From: Octopus sinensis | Lineage: Eukaryota | Assembly (NCBI RefSeq): GCF_006345805.1 | Contig: NC_043000.1 | Span: 60,760,001-60,824,000 of the forward strand | DNA: 64,000 nucleotides | Reading direction: 5' to 3' | In this document: in pieces, positions 51,521-64,000 of the stretch | Layout: the number at the start of each line of letters is the position of its first letter | Numbering within the stretch: position 1 is the first letter of the stretch | Made by a program: the position numbers and the translations under genes | The notes under the pieces: model-generated | What the model saw: the letters and a program-made list of their open reading frames with translations, nothing else | Databases searched by the model: none | What the model was told of the DNA's origin: nothing

Positions 51521-52824
51521 ATTTGAAGACTACAGATCCAAGCCATCACTGAAACTAAAAATCTGTAAAACTTCCCAGAAGTTTATCATTGAAGTATATA
51601 TATGAGCATATTTAGATATGCAACTATATGCATGAGAATACATGCATAAAAAACATACAAATCTGCACCTATGTATAGATACATACATGAATATATATCC
51701 TGTTGTTGATGTCAAAATTTCAATGAAGGAGCCTTAAATCTAGGTTAGAAGCCGGCTCTTTCTCTATTGGCTAAAAATCTTGAAATAATACTGAATGCAC
51801 ACACACACACACATTTCAACCCTTTTATGAGGAGGAGAAGAGTGATTTGTATTCTTTGTAGTTAAAATGTGTACGTGGATATATTTAAATGAAAACACAC
51901 AGGACACCTGTTTCTCTTCTTTGCTATGATACATTTCAACCAAAACATAAAATTCTTTCCTGTTTCCCTTGAAACTTAAGATTTCATTTTCATTTTTTTT
52001 TCCTGTAGTAAGAACATTAAAAAAATTACCACACTTCCTCTTAGATCATATTTAATATATCACCTTTTACATATGTATAGCAGTACTTTTTATAGTTAGG
52101 ATTTTACAGTTCCATTTTTTTCACTTTCTACATATCAATGACTAATCTATGCTAACCTGCAAAATGACATTCCTTTCCAGCTCTACATATATGTTATATG
52201 TTAAAATTTTGATACATAGGGATTTTGATTTAACTTAGTTTCTGTTTTGGCTTTTGAGTGGCTTTGTTTACCTTCTTTTTCCAGTTCTAAATTTCAAACT
52301 GATGAGAATCAATGATGATAAAAACAAAAATTTAATTTTGAACTTGCATTGAAACTTAATGAATTTTTAATTCATCAAATCAAATCTGAATTTTCATTCT
52401 TGATTTATTGAATTGTCATTCTAGCTAAAATCTCATTTTCAGTTTTAGAAGTTTTTAAAATTTCTTCCATTTCATATCCCTATCACCTCCATTTTCTTTT
52501 TCTTTTTTTTCTTTTTGCTTTATGAAAACATAGTTTATTAAACTGCAAATTTCTCAGAAATTGTACCCACTGAAGTTTTAATAAAATACACTGCATGCCA
52601 CTTCTAAAATGCTGAACTTATGACCTAGGTACTGGGTCACTGAAGCTACAGCAGTTCCATCTTTAGTCAACAATACACACTGCTATCTCTAATCTTGTTT
52701 TGAGTTATTTTGATATCCATTAATTTGCAAGAAAGATAATCTTTACACTGATATAACAGAGAACATAGATTTGGTTAGAGTTTGAAGCAAATCATTATCA
52801 CAAATTAAAATCAAATTAACTTAC

Positions 52825-52899
52825 CGGCATGATATTATATGTCAGCAAAACATATTTCCTATCTGCAGATACTGAGTACACATTGGTATCATACTGTCG
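52825..52899 (-). CDS. DPP4-like: DPP4-family gene, exon 3 of 7 in window (75 bp)
   Basis: tttccaCAG / GTAAGT; RQYDTNVYSVSADRKYVLLTYNIMP (compare YSISPDGQFILL). Confidence 0.9.
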
Positions 52900-55849
52900 C
52901 TGTGGAAAGAAAATATAAACCAGATGATAGTTTGATTTACTTTAGTTTTCTTTTTATATTTTATAAATGTAAACAATTAAATGAAAGACTATAGTCATAA
53001 AATTTCAAGGAGACTAGCAGTAGTCTGTGTTAGCAAGAGTTAATATAATTAAATATAAAAATTAGTTATGTTAATAAGTCACAAGGTGAGGCAGTATCTA
53101 ATATAGAGCTGTTCTTTGGAATCATACACCCAAAATCTAATTTAAAATTTATAGTAAATTAGGTGGGTAAGCATATACACATGTTCACTTGATTGGTGAA
53201 CTTTCTCTTACATTACTTAGCAATATCTTATCAACTACACTTTATGTGATGAAGTTAGTGTATTTGGCTTATGAGTTTGGTACTTGGTGGTGTATTGTAT
53301 TCTTGAGTAAGACACTTTATTTCACATTGCTCCAGTTCACCCAGCTGGTTAAAATTAGTAGTACCTGTATTTCAAAGGGCCTGTATTGTCACATTCTGTG
53401 TTATGCTGAATCTCCTTCAGAACTATGTTAAGGTTACTTGTATCTGTGGAGTGCTTAGCCACATGATCAGGCTGTTATGTTGATCAGATCAACTGGAACA
53501 CTCATCATTGTAACCAACAGAGTGCCAATTAAAAATGTTTCTATTGCCTACTTTCCTTTCAACTGCTGCTCTCCAAAAATGAAAACTGAAAATAATCCTC
53601 TCTAGCTTCATAAATTTATCCTTATTTAGAATGCCCTGAAAAATAATAGGGGAGCTGCCCATATTCTTCAAAATATTTAATAAAAGAACTGAATTATATA
53701 GCTCTTTGAACTGAAAAGAACAAGCTAAGTTTCTGTACTTAGTTCCAAAAATTCTTTAGTTATCTACTTTCATCTAGTTTGGACTATATTTTTGATACAT
53801 AAGCCAAGACCCTGAGTGTTTTGGTTACAACATGAGTTTACACCTATGTAGTTTAAACTATGAGACAAACATAAACAAATACCTTAAGGAGGTAAGTTTT
53901 CACACAAGCAAGAAGTAGTAATGCTAATATGGTGCAGACCAAAATATGTTCAGAGTTGTCTCTGGTACTAACCAAAATGATTAGTCATTGAACTGGTATT
54001 ATCTTTTTCTCTCTGCATCAATATTTTTATTAGTGACTATAAGCATTTTGGTTAAGAACAAAATATATCTGTTCTTATGAAATTAAAATATTATGTGTTC
54101 TTAAATATGGAAACTTTGATGTTATTTCCATCAAAAATGTTGGAGGCTGACCTGTTATTGTGATGCAACCAGGATATAACTCATAAACAATCCAAAGGCA
54201 ACAACAGAATATTACAAACATGGCTGGAATGATGTGCTGTACGGTACAGAATGGTTTTTAAAAAGCACATTAAATATATTAACACTAACTTAACACTTGG
54301 CTGGCATTATTGAGTCAAGAATGAACTTATATATGATTTAAAGGCAACAAATATACTTTAGTGGATTAAGTTTTAAGATAGACACCTGATGATTATCAGG
54401 ATTCTGAATACTATTAGGTTCAACCAGGATAAACTTAACCAATAGCCTAGCATAATAACAGTAAACTTCTCTGAGGTTGTAAATGAAATAGTACTTCCAT
54501 CATTTTGATAAAAAAAAAATTAAACCCCAAGTCTGTATACTGGGCCATAGAACCAATTGCTGTTGTTAGTTTGAATTATAAGTGGAATATTAGACCAATG
54601 ACTCACAAATTCTGATACAGCAAATCAAATGTTTTGAGATAACCAATAAGTTTAGTTTCTCAAATGTGTCATACTTTAGAGTGGATTGCAACTATACTGC
54701 ATACCCTTCTTATGCAGTTGTTGAATATGTGTAGTGAAGTATGACAGTTGTGAGCATATAACTTCTTTGGCTGCTCTGTATGATTGTTATTGTTAAAATG
54801 CTTTTGTACAGGACTCAATGGAGATAAACAAAATTTCTGTCAGTGTGTGGTGATATGGGCTCTTAGAGAAAATATATGCCAGGCCTATTACTCTCCTTTT
54901 CATATACACACATTCACATAGTACATTTGATGATAGGCTTATGAAACATTCAAAATACTCAATACATCACCATCATGGAGCAAGTGGAGACCTGCCTACA
55001 TAGAGGAGTCAGTGAACCATGTCATGGTTATACATTCCATTTTTGACATGACTTCTATGATTGGATGCCAATCCTAACATCAATCACTGAACTGCTGCTT
55101 TTTATTAAGGTATCAGTACTTTAGTCTTGTTCTCTCCACCCAACATTGTCTCCTTTCATTGGCCAGTCATTTTACAGAGAGAACTGGGTACATTATATTG
55201 TGGCTCCAGCTTGAGAGAGGTGGGAGCAGAGATAGAAAGAGATAGATTGCCTTATATTCTATGAGACTAAATAGTTCTCTCTATCCTAGGCTGCCCCCAA
55301 TCTTTAAAGGCAAATATGACCAAGGGTCTGAATAGATGCAGAGAGTATGATGCCTATAAGGGTGAAAAACAGAGAGAGTAAGAGGTTGTGTGTGAAACAC
55401 AGTGATGGGAAAGGTAAGATAGTAGAGGAAGTAGAGGGACAGTGACAGCTAGATATTAATTGATTTTATGGGGATTGAATTGAAAAACAGTACAAGCACT
55501 TTGATGATGAAATAGCTATAAAGCTGAGCAGTCAGTGATAGATAGCAATACAAATTGGTGATGTAAAGTGAAAGATGTCTAAAAGTGGCAGACTCTGAGA
55601 GGGGAGATGGTGAAAGAGAGGTAGAGTGATAAGGGATGATGATTGGGGAGAGGTGATAAAGGGTAAGAGAGGTAGAATGAGAGAAGTGTGATAGGAGAAG
55701 AGAGACAGAGTGATAACAGGAGGATAGGAGATTAAGTATGGACTAATCAAATTAAATATCATTCCTCATCATGCAAGTGGTGTACAGTGAATAAGCGAGA
55801 GGGTTATAGAGGAGGTAGCAGATGAAGACTTAACAAGAACATAATACGT

Positions 55850-56900
55850 GAGTGATCCAATGATACGTCATACATTCTAACATTTACCATTTTAATAATA
55901 ACCATTTTGCCATACTTGACTGGTGGGCTGGTCTTCTTTAGCACTATGTATCCCCACTCATCACAGTTGTTTGTCATTTCCAACATGAGGTTCAGATTCC
56001 TGACTGTATTGTGTTTTTCTATGGTTTCAAGTCTCATTTACTTCAAACACAATGCACTTCTCCATATATCCTCAACATACATGCTCACATCAGTACAATC
56101 TTATCTTTTGCACACTGTATCTAATTCTACTTGAATCTAACTTTTCTCAGCTAATTTATGCTCTATTGTTTATATATGCTAATATTACACATGCAGCAGA
56201 GTATTCTCATTTCATTTCTTTCTAATCATTGTGAATCTTCTGCATTTAAGGTCCATGTCTTTCTATCATGTAGCATCATGTTTTGTACACAATACATCAT
56301 ATAATTTGCCTTTACTCCAAAATACAAACTTTTTGTTTCTATTTCGGTAACAGCAGAAGTTACAGTTCACTGAACTTTTCCTATCTAATTCTTACTCTGG
56401 CTACTATACTTTTACCTCCACAACAAATTAGGTTACCTAACTAATGTTACCAACTACTTCTAATGAACATTTAGAGTATTTGAAGGAATAAAACCGTATT
56501 CTAGATACAAAACCATTTTAATGCACCTATGCATACAAAGTCTACCTTCTTTGTTAACTTGTTTGTGATCTCATTACACCTTTTGTGTGTCCATAGTTTA
56601 CATAGGGGTTCACTCTGAAATTTCTACCAACTCCTTTTCTGCATATCAAGCGTAGCTATTTTCTTAATGGTAGCAGGGGTCTGTCTTTTTTCTTACAAAA
56701 ACTTGAGTCTTTGTTAAGTTTATTTTGAGGTTAATCTTAGCTAAGTTTATCCTAATACTTTTGTCTTTGCTAAGCTTACTAGTTCTTGTATAATCTGTTG
56801 TGGACATATAGTTGCAATAGAGTCAATCCCAAATGCATGTCTGTATTTTCTGTTTGAATATTCTCCACATTTTGTATGCAACAATTGGAAATTGGTTTTG
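55850..56900 (-). mobile_element. Heavily decayed RTE LINE RT C-terminal remnants
   Basis: Short recognisable peptides such as SIVARVRIR*EKFSEL and the RTE terminal ...LNLMLEMTNNCDEWGYIVLKKT. Confidence 0.55.
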
Positions 56901-58108
56901 TAAACTTCACATAAGGTAAAAATAATGTCTTTCCTAATGGAGTAAGCATTGAAAATGGAGTGAAATAATATACAAGTTGGAATCACAGTCATAGTTTGGC
57001 TGGTGATTACTTCTATAAAGGGCTCTCATTATAGAAAGGAATGTAATGGAGATGTTGGTGAGACACATAATCAATTGGGTTATAAAATTATCACGAAAGA
57101 CTTCATATTCAATATTCAAGTCATATTTTGAGGGCAAGTTGGCAGAGTCATTATAGTATTAGATAGAATATTTTGAGGTATTTGTTCTGACTTTCTGCAC
57201 TCTGAATTCAAATCTTGCTAAGGTCTGTTTTTTATACTTTCAAGGTAAATGAAATAGTAACAATCCAAAGTAGTGATGACTAGAGAAACATTGGATTGCT
57301 GCATTGCTGAATTTGTTCTGGTTCTTTGCATTCTGTGTTCAAACCTCACCATGGCCTACTGTAGTGGTTGACTTAATCCATTTCTCACTTTAACCACACT
57401 ATCTGACACCTTGGGTGCCCTGAGCAGAGTCCACTCTGTTGCAGGCATATGGGCCAAGTTTCTAGTTTGAGGATACCTTCCGCATTCCTCACTCACCAGT
57501 CTCAAAAACCCTGTAATGGGTCATAAGCACTGCCTTCCCTCTTGACTTGAAGATAAAAAAGAAAGAGCAAGTCAACCTTTTAGAATCCATCACTTTCCCA
57601 GCTACAAGGTTGAATTTAATCTTAGCACTGTAAATTGATAGTGTAATGAAATTAGTATTAACTAATAGTAACTAGAAATAAATATTTGGTAAGGAAAGCT
57701 GCTATTAGTCAGTAACTTACATTTTTATTTTTCTAGAATAGTTTCTAAAGTATCAATCAAAATATCTTGTGCTATCTGAATGCATCTCTTTACAGCCTGA
57801 TTTCACATTCTGCTCTGGTTAAGTTTTCCTTTCCTCTTTTTGGGATTGATAAAGTCCTAGACAAAGTACTGGACTTGGTATAATTGACTACATCCGTGTC
57901 ACAGACCAATGAGCCAAAATAGTAAAAGAATATGTTTGGGAGACAACTCCAGATCATTTTCACTCTTAATCTAAACTCCTCAGTACTTACCAATACACTA
58001 GTAGCAAGTTACAAGCTCTTTGGCCAATAGGAGGACCAATAAGAAAAATGAAATTGTTACAAAATAGAATCTTTATGTCATACAAAGGAGATGAATAAAT
58101 ATACTTAC

Positions 58109-58206
58109 AAATGTGGTATTATCCATAATAAATGTAGAATTTTTCGTAAGGCAGTCGTATTCAAATAGAGCACCATCATCATTTCTGTAAAGAAATGCAT
58201 CTTCAC
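58109..58206 (-). CDS. DPP4-like: DPP4-family gene, exon 2 of 7 in window (98 bp)
   Basis: ctatttCAG / GTAAGT; phase 1 start, (G)EDAFLYRNDDGALFEYDCLTKNSTFIMDNTTF. Confidence 0.92.
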
Positions 58207-59389
58207 CTGAAATAGATAAATACACAAAAGTTTAATTAATCAACAGAAATTCCTCACTTGGCACCATTACCTCTTTTGCAAACATATTTCTAATGATATA
58301 CATGTACTATCAACAGGCATTGATTAATTTTTTAAATAATCAACACTATAGGTGCAGGTGTAGTAAGAAGCTAACTTCTCAACCACATTGCTAGGGGTTC
58401 AGCGCCACTGTGTGGCACCTTGGGTGAGTGTCTTCTACTATAGCCTTAGGTTGACCAAAGCCTAGTGAGTGGATTTGGTAAACAAAAACTGAAAGAAACC
58501 CGCTGTATATATGTGTGTGTGTCTTTGTATCTATGTGTCTCCAACCACTACTTGACAACCAGTGCTAGTGTATTTACATCCCCATAACTTAGCAGTTTGG
58601 CAAAAGAGACCGATAGAATAAGTCCTAGACTAAAAAGATATTATAAGTGCTGGGGTCGATTCATTTGACTAGAAATTCTTCAAGGCAGTGCCCCAGCATG
58701 GCCGCAGTCTAATGGCTGAAACAAGTAAAAGTAAAGATAAAAGTAAAAATGACTATTATAATTAAACTAAACCATAACTTAACAAAAAGTTCATAAATAA
58801 AATGATAAACACTTTAAAATGACAGTTTTGTATCATAAAACCAGTAGTGGCCTTAAAGAGATTGATATGAAAAGGGCTAACTATAGTTTGTATTCATTTT
58901 GCTATACAAGAGAGAGGGGCGAAGATAGAGAGAGAGTTTGAAAAGTGTTATAAAACAAAGGATGGTGCACTCAATATTTAAAAATAAAGTCAATATATTT
59001 ACGATTACGATACTACATAGAATAAAAGAATAAAGTTGTTCAAGATTTAATTCAATATACAAGTTTCAACTGGAGTTTACTTGAAATTTAGAGAAATAAT
59101 TTTTGAACTGGGTAGAGAGATAACCCTGATGATGGAGGTGAGATCTACCTAATGTTTACTTGATTCCATCACTTGTTGCTGCAAACTACACCTGCTAATA
59201 TTATGAAGTAATCCTGAGTTCATAGAAACAGCTGTTGGGCTTGTAACACCATATGATTTCCCCTTAATTTTCTGTGTCTTTGTACTCTGTATAACTACTC
59301 AGTTAATTTGTAACTATCTATATATTTATACATGAATATTCATCATCTGAATATTTTCAGATTTTGTTTTCTCTCTATTTACATGTACT

Positions 59390-59580
59390 GATTGATTGAT
59401 TGATTCTAGTTTCAGCTCACGAGCTGTGGCCATGCTGGGGCACCGCCATTTTAACGTGCTTTGCTTACTGCACCTAGGTTTCCCAAGCGGTCACCCATCT
59501 AAGTACTGACTAGGCTCGACGTTGCTTAACTTCGGTGATCAGACGAGAACCGGTGCTTTCAACGTGATATGGCCGTAATT
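59390..59580 (-). mobile_element. 5S rRNA-derived SINE (SINE3-type)
   Basis: 59463-59580 is an almost full-length 5S rRNA copy (TACGGCCATATCACGTTGAAAGCACCGGTTCTCGTCTGATCACCGAAGTTAAGCAACG...). It has no oligo-T terminator and continues into a ~58-nt SINE-type 3' body and an (AATC)4 tail. Confidence 0.85.
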
Positions 59581-59582
59581 CT

Positions 59583-59990
59583 TTTATTCTTTTACTTGTT
59601 TCAGTCATTGGACTGAGGCCATGCTGGAGCATTGCCTTAAATGTTTTTTTTTAGTCGAACAAATCAAACCAGGAATTATTTTTTTTTTCAGCCAAGTACT
59701 TATTCTATCAGTCTCCTTTTTTGCTGAACCACTAAGTTATGGGGACATAAACACATCAACACTGGTTGTCAAGTGGTGATGGGAGGACAAACACAGACAC
59801 AAAGACACACACATATGTATATATATGACGGGCTTCTTTCAGTTTCCATCTGCCAAATCCACTGACAAGGCTTTAGTTGGCCCGAGGTTATAGTAGAAGA
59901 CACTAGCCCAAGGTGTCACATACTGAGGCTAAATCCAGAACCATGTGGTTGGGAAGCAAGCTCCTCACCAAACAGCCATGTCTGCACCTG
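59583..59990 (-). mobile_element. Full-length tRNA-derived SINE directly upstream of the 5S head
   Basis: Same family as 7468-7888; its tail abuts 5S nt 1-3. Confidence 0.85.
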
Positions 59991-61060
59991 TGTATATTTT
60001 GTATATTGGCTCAAACAGTTTTATTTGTTTATTTGCATCATTTTCTATATATTTATATATGCATGTCTACTCCTATCTTATTTTAACTTCTTTGAACTCT
60101 CTGTCTAAAAGCAGACATACTCTCTCATATTCTCCATTTTCATGTGTGGGGAGGGCTCTTTAATCTTATGAGTTACAAGATAATCTTGCAACTACTGGTG
60201 TCATGAAGAAAAGCACTTAGTACACTCTGTAAAGTTGCTGGTGAATTGAACAGAAATAACACAAGTTCACACAAACTCTTAAATCTTGCCAAAGCAAAAC
60301 AATTGCTATAATACTGGCACCATGACAATTGCATTTAGAACAGTGTAAAGTGATTGGTGTTAAGAATATCATCTAACTGTTGAAATCATGTCAAAACCGA
60401 AATGCTGGAGCAAGATGCAGTCCTCATGTCTGTTGGATCCTATTGGATCTTGTTGGATTGCTCAGCCTATTCCAGTATGGAAGATGGACATAAAATACTG
60501 CTACTGTTGGTGATGGTGATAATGTACCAATTTAGCACACAGTGAACCAATTTAAGAAATGGATGCAAAGATTAAAGATACCAATTTAGCAATAGTAATC
60601 CAGTGTTTTTATAGAGAGGGTTACAAGGTGTCATAATATTTATAACACAAATTATTTCTTCATTTATTTCATAAGTAATAGAGAGTTCCATAAACTTACA
60701 ATGATTTGTGAACAAATGTCTTGATTAGTGGCAAAGTGAAACTACAGTTAGTGGTCTTACCAGCTGGATATGGAAAGACCAGCCCTATAACAATCTACTC
60801 TGTGCAAGTGACTGCAGGGTGTAAAGTTCATGAAGGAGGACGAGGAGAAGAAGAAGAATGAGGATGAGGTAGAGATTTGGGGCTTATTATTTGAGCTGGG
60901 TGAGTACAATCTTAGAAAACTCTTTACCGGCTTTTTTTCTGTGATTCATCGATTACTTTGATTAATTACTTTTTGTATCGTAAGTTTTTTTTATGTAAAT
61001 AAGCTTGTGGATAGAGATGCACACCTTAAATTAAGGTTAATAAGTGTGGACAAGTACCGA

Positions 61061-62233
61061 ACTAGAATGAAAAATGCAGGGACAGAATTCTAGAATATTC
61101 CTAAGTATTTAACCTGGAAAAGAACTGAGCAAGCAACAATTGTACCTGGAAAAATTCAGGACAAGAAGAAAAAAAGAAGCTTAAAATATTGCTGCTAAAG
61201 TTAGAATTTAAAATCTAAAATAGTAATAAATGCCTTTTTATTTTTTAATTTTTACTTGAAAGTTTAAATTAAAATACTCAAGAAACTATTTATTTTCAAT
61301 TTTAGTGAAAAGACTGTCAGCAAATTTAGGCTTTAAAAATTTGAAATTATAAATTTCTATATTTACAGTTGCAGCCAAAAATTTGGAATACAAGTTTGAA
61401 AATTAGAATTTTTATATTAAATGCCCAAAGTTATATTTAATTTGCAATATATTATTACTTGGCCAAAACTTTAGCATAGGTCTGAAAATTTTTCTTTTAT
61501 ACATTAAACCATTGGATCGGTTATTAGGTAAGTATATCTCTATATTTGAATTGAATTGAACTTGGGCACAACAGTTTTAATTTTTTAAAAAATGTTCCAA
61601 ATTTTTAGCCACGACTGCAATAAATCAAATAATAGCAATTTAGGTAAAATTATAATCCTTAAGGTTTTAAAAAAAAGTTTATAGAGTTATTTCTACATTT
61701 TGCACTCAATTTGTTCATTAGCTTTCATTTTAAAAAATATTTTTCAAACTGTAAATAGAAAATACTTCATTATCTGATAATGCAAACTTTAAAGAATTTA
61801 ATTCTTTTGTTTCTTAAAAAAAACTTTTTTACTATTTTTTATTCTTTTGAATTACATATATTCTACATGAGTTTAATTTTATAACATAATACCTGGGATT
61901 TCAAATTTTTGGATACATAGTTTTGTTAAGAAAATAAAATTTTAAAAATAATATAATACTAAAAGACAGACATATCTTAGCTTCATACAAAGAATTTTTA
62001 AATTAAAAAAATTGCAATAAAAAATAAAAACAATAAAACAGTGTACACACTATTTGATGAACAATTTCAGAAATTTATTTAACAATTTCTAACTTCAGCA
62101 GCAATATTTTAAGTTTTTCTTCTTGTCCTGTATTTTACCAGGTTTAATTGACAATTGCTGCTTGTTTTGTACTTTTCCAGGTTCAACACTTATGAATATT
62201 CTAGGATTCTGCACCTACATTTTTCATTCTAGT
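61061..62233. mobile_element. AT-rich element with about 150-bp inverted repeats (foldback/MULE-like MITE)
   Basis: ACTAGAATGAAAAATG..CAGAAT.CTAGAATATTC.TAAGT.TT.AACCTGGAAAAG...CAGGACAAGAAGAAAAA..CTTAAAATATTGCTGCT.AAGTTAGAA at 61061-61208, inverted at 62084-62233. Confidence 0.7.
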
Positions 62234-63903
62234 CCACTTTTTCCCAGGCAATGCTTCTTTTATTAGAATAATTATATTTACCTTTATAATTGGGGATGGG
62301 GGGAATGAAACTATTGTAAATATTTAAAAAAAATACAGATTTTGTTCAAGCATTTTGCTTGCATCTAAAAAAAACCCAGGTTTAATAGCAGCATATCTGT
62401 TACAAATGAATATATTTCTAAACTATTTTTATTATGAAATAATGTTATATTCTAATTAACTAATTAATAATTAGCTTATTAGTTTTCTTAGTGTGTTAAA
62501 ATTTTATTTTCATGTTTTTGATATGTACATATTTTAATACATAAACAAAATAAAAAAAAATAATATGAAATCACATAAAATCATTACTGTTTTTATGCTT
62601 AATATTTTTAGATGGGGTTCTCTACAAAATATTTGTCTTGATGAACTCTTTTATTTAAGTTCAATATTACTTTTCTCTTAAAAAGACGAAAATATTTTAA
62701 TCACATTTTTGCCACTTAAAGCAACACAAGGTTTTTGTAGCAAATATTTTTTGACAAGGTTTTTCACCTTAAAATTTTTCTCATAAAAGTCCTTCATCTG
62801 AAGTAAATCCTGAATGCAGAATGATAAAGACATAGCATTCAATGTGGTTGAGAACTGAATTAGTGATAAAGCCTAAAAGACCTTGCAAGTGACTAAAATT
62901 TGACTTTATGACTAAATCTGAAGGGCCAAGTCAACTGGTATTTTACAGAAAAAAAAAAAAAATCTTGAATGCAGAATAGAGTGTAAACAGATTGGATTGG
63001 TCAAATACTCTAAGAAAACAAAATAAAACAGTGGCTAGCAGGCCCCAACAGAGAATCTAACCAAATACCTTTCAGACTCCAATTAAGTATTCTGTACCAG
63101 TAAGCTTGACAATACATAACATCAGTTGTCTTTTATAATGCTAAATATCTTAAAATGATAAAAAATATTTTAAATTGTTAAATTAATCACACTTTTTTCT
63201 GTCACTTAAGGTCGGACGATTTTCTTCTGTAGCTAATATTTTTTAATGAAGTTTTCACCAAGAGATTCTTCTCAAGGAGCATGTTCTTTTAAACCCAATC
63301 AATTCATACTTTTCTTTTAAAATAACAACTATTTTGATTCACAGTCAATTTTTTACCTTAGTCTCCCATTTTAACCTCACAGATTTTAATGAAACAAATT
63401 TCAATTATTTTGTCTCAAAATGTAGCTTATGACTGGACTATCATTGATAAAAAAATCCACATTCTATTTGGTTGAGAAATGAATTAGTGATGAAACCTAG
63501 AAGTGCATGTGTGTAACTAAAAGTTGACCTTAAGAATATATATAATAAAAGCTGCAGCAGTGGTTTCTAAGTTATGCTTAACTTAGCTACATATTCCCTA
63601 AATCCTCAAAGTAGTGAACCTTTAGAAGCTTTTGTAAGAATCAGTACGAAGTTTCTTAACAGGTTTGGCTGAAGCAACTAAGAATAAGTTAATTACTGTT
63701 TTGAAGATTATCAATATACTGCAAAATATCAGTCAAATGGTTGAAATGTACATAAAAATACAGACACATAAACACACACATATATACTTATATTATATAT
63801 ATGTATGATCTTTTACTAAATAATCCACACACCTTAATTTATATGTGTAGTTTAGGGTAAACAAATTAAGATAAGAAGAAGTGAAAACCATAAAGAAACT
63901 TAC

Positions 63904-64000
63904 CGTCGATCCAGTCAACCTTAAAATTCCGAGGCTTGAAGTTTATGTCAAATGCATCATTAAGGGTAAATGCTTCTCCAAGCACTTCCTCAATTGAAGC
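63904..64000 (-). CDS. DPP4-like: DPP4-family gene, exon 1 of 7 in window (partial, runs off the right edge)
   Basis: GTAAGT donor; ASIEEVLGEAFTLNDAFDINFKPRNFKVDWID plus G (compare DPP4 TYTLTDYL...LRWIS); phase matches the next exon. Confidence 0.85.

Noticed and set aside
51715-51765. ATGAAGGA-GCCT..AGGT-TAGAAGCCGGCTC hammerhead-like string
   Set aside because: Several core mismatches.
59190-59240. TATGAA/TTCATA stem + GAAACAGCTGTT, a hammerhead-like relic
   Set aside because: The core reads CTGCTAA rather than CTGANGA and stem I does not pair; at most a dead relic.
59463-59580. Functional 5S rRNA gene
   Set aside because: Single copy, no oligo-T terminator, altered stem I ends, and fused to a SINE body and tail.

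Overview
Eukaryotic, AT-rich, repeat-dense DNA; the SINE/LINE/MITE families look like Octopus (inference from recalled repeat sequences). The backbone is a minus-strand multi-exon DPP4-family (S9B dipeptidyl peptidase) gene that the ORF track misses. I reconstructed 7 GT-AG exons (63904-64000 partial, 58109-58206, 52825-52899, 37659-37711, 28180-28261, 25682-25808, 8760-8920). They splice into one open frame of 231 aa covering the N-terminal beta-propeller (YRHS, NGVPDWLYEEEI, PYPK); the catalytic domain lies outside the window. The largest intron (8921-25681) holds an intact, intronless, highly divergent class A 7TM receptor on the opposite strand (21011-21925), followed about 1 kb downstream by a near-perfect minimal type I hammerhead ribozyme on the same strand. 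The rest is transposon-derived: two Penelope-like elements, a full-length decayed mariner, Gypsy, CR1, RTE and R4/Dong fragments, a non-autonomous Helitron, piggyBac- and Tc1/mariner-type MITEs, several tRNA-SINE families, a 5S rRNA-derived SINE, a GATC-bounded element family with internal TTAGGG repeats (one forms a 770-bp palindrome), and many microsatellites. A CpG-rich promoter-like island at about 40.45-40.93 kb is not explained by any of these. All alignments and counts were done by eye; repeat boundaries are approximate.
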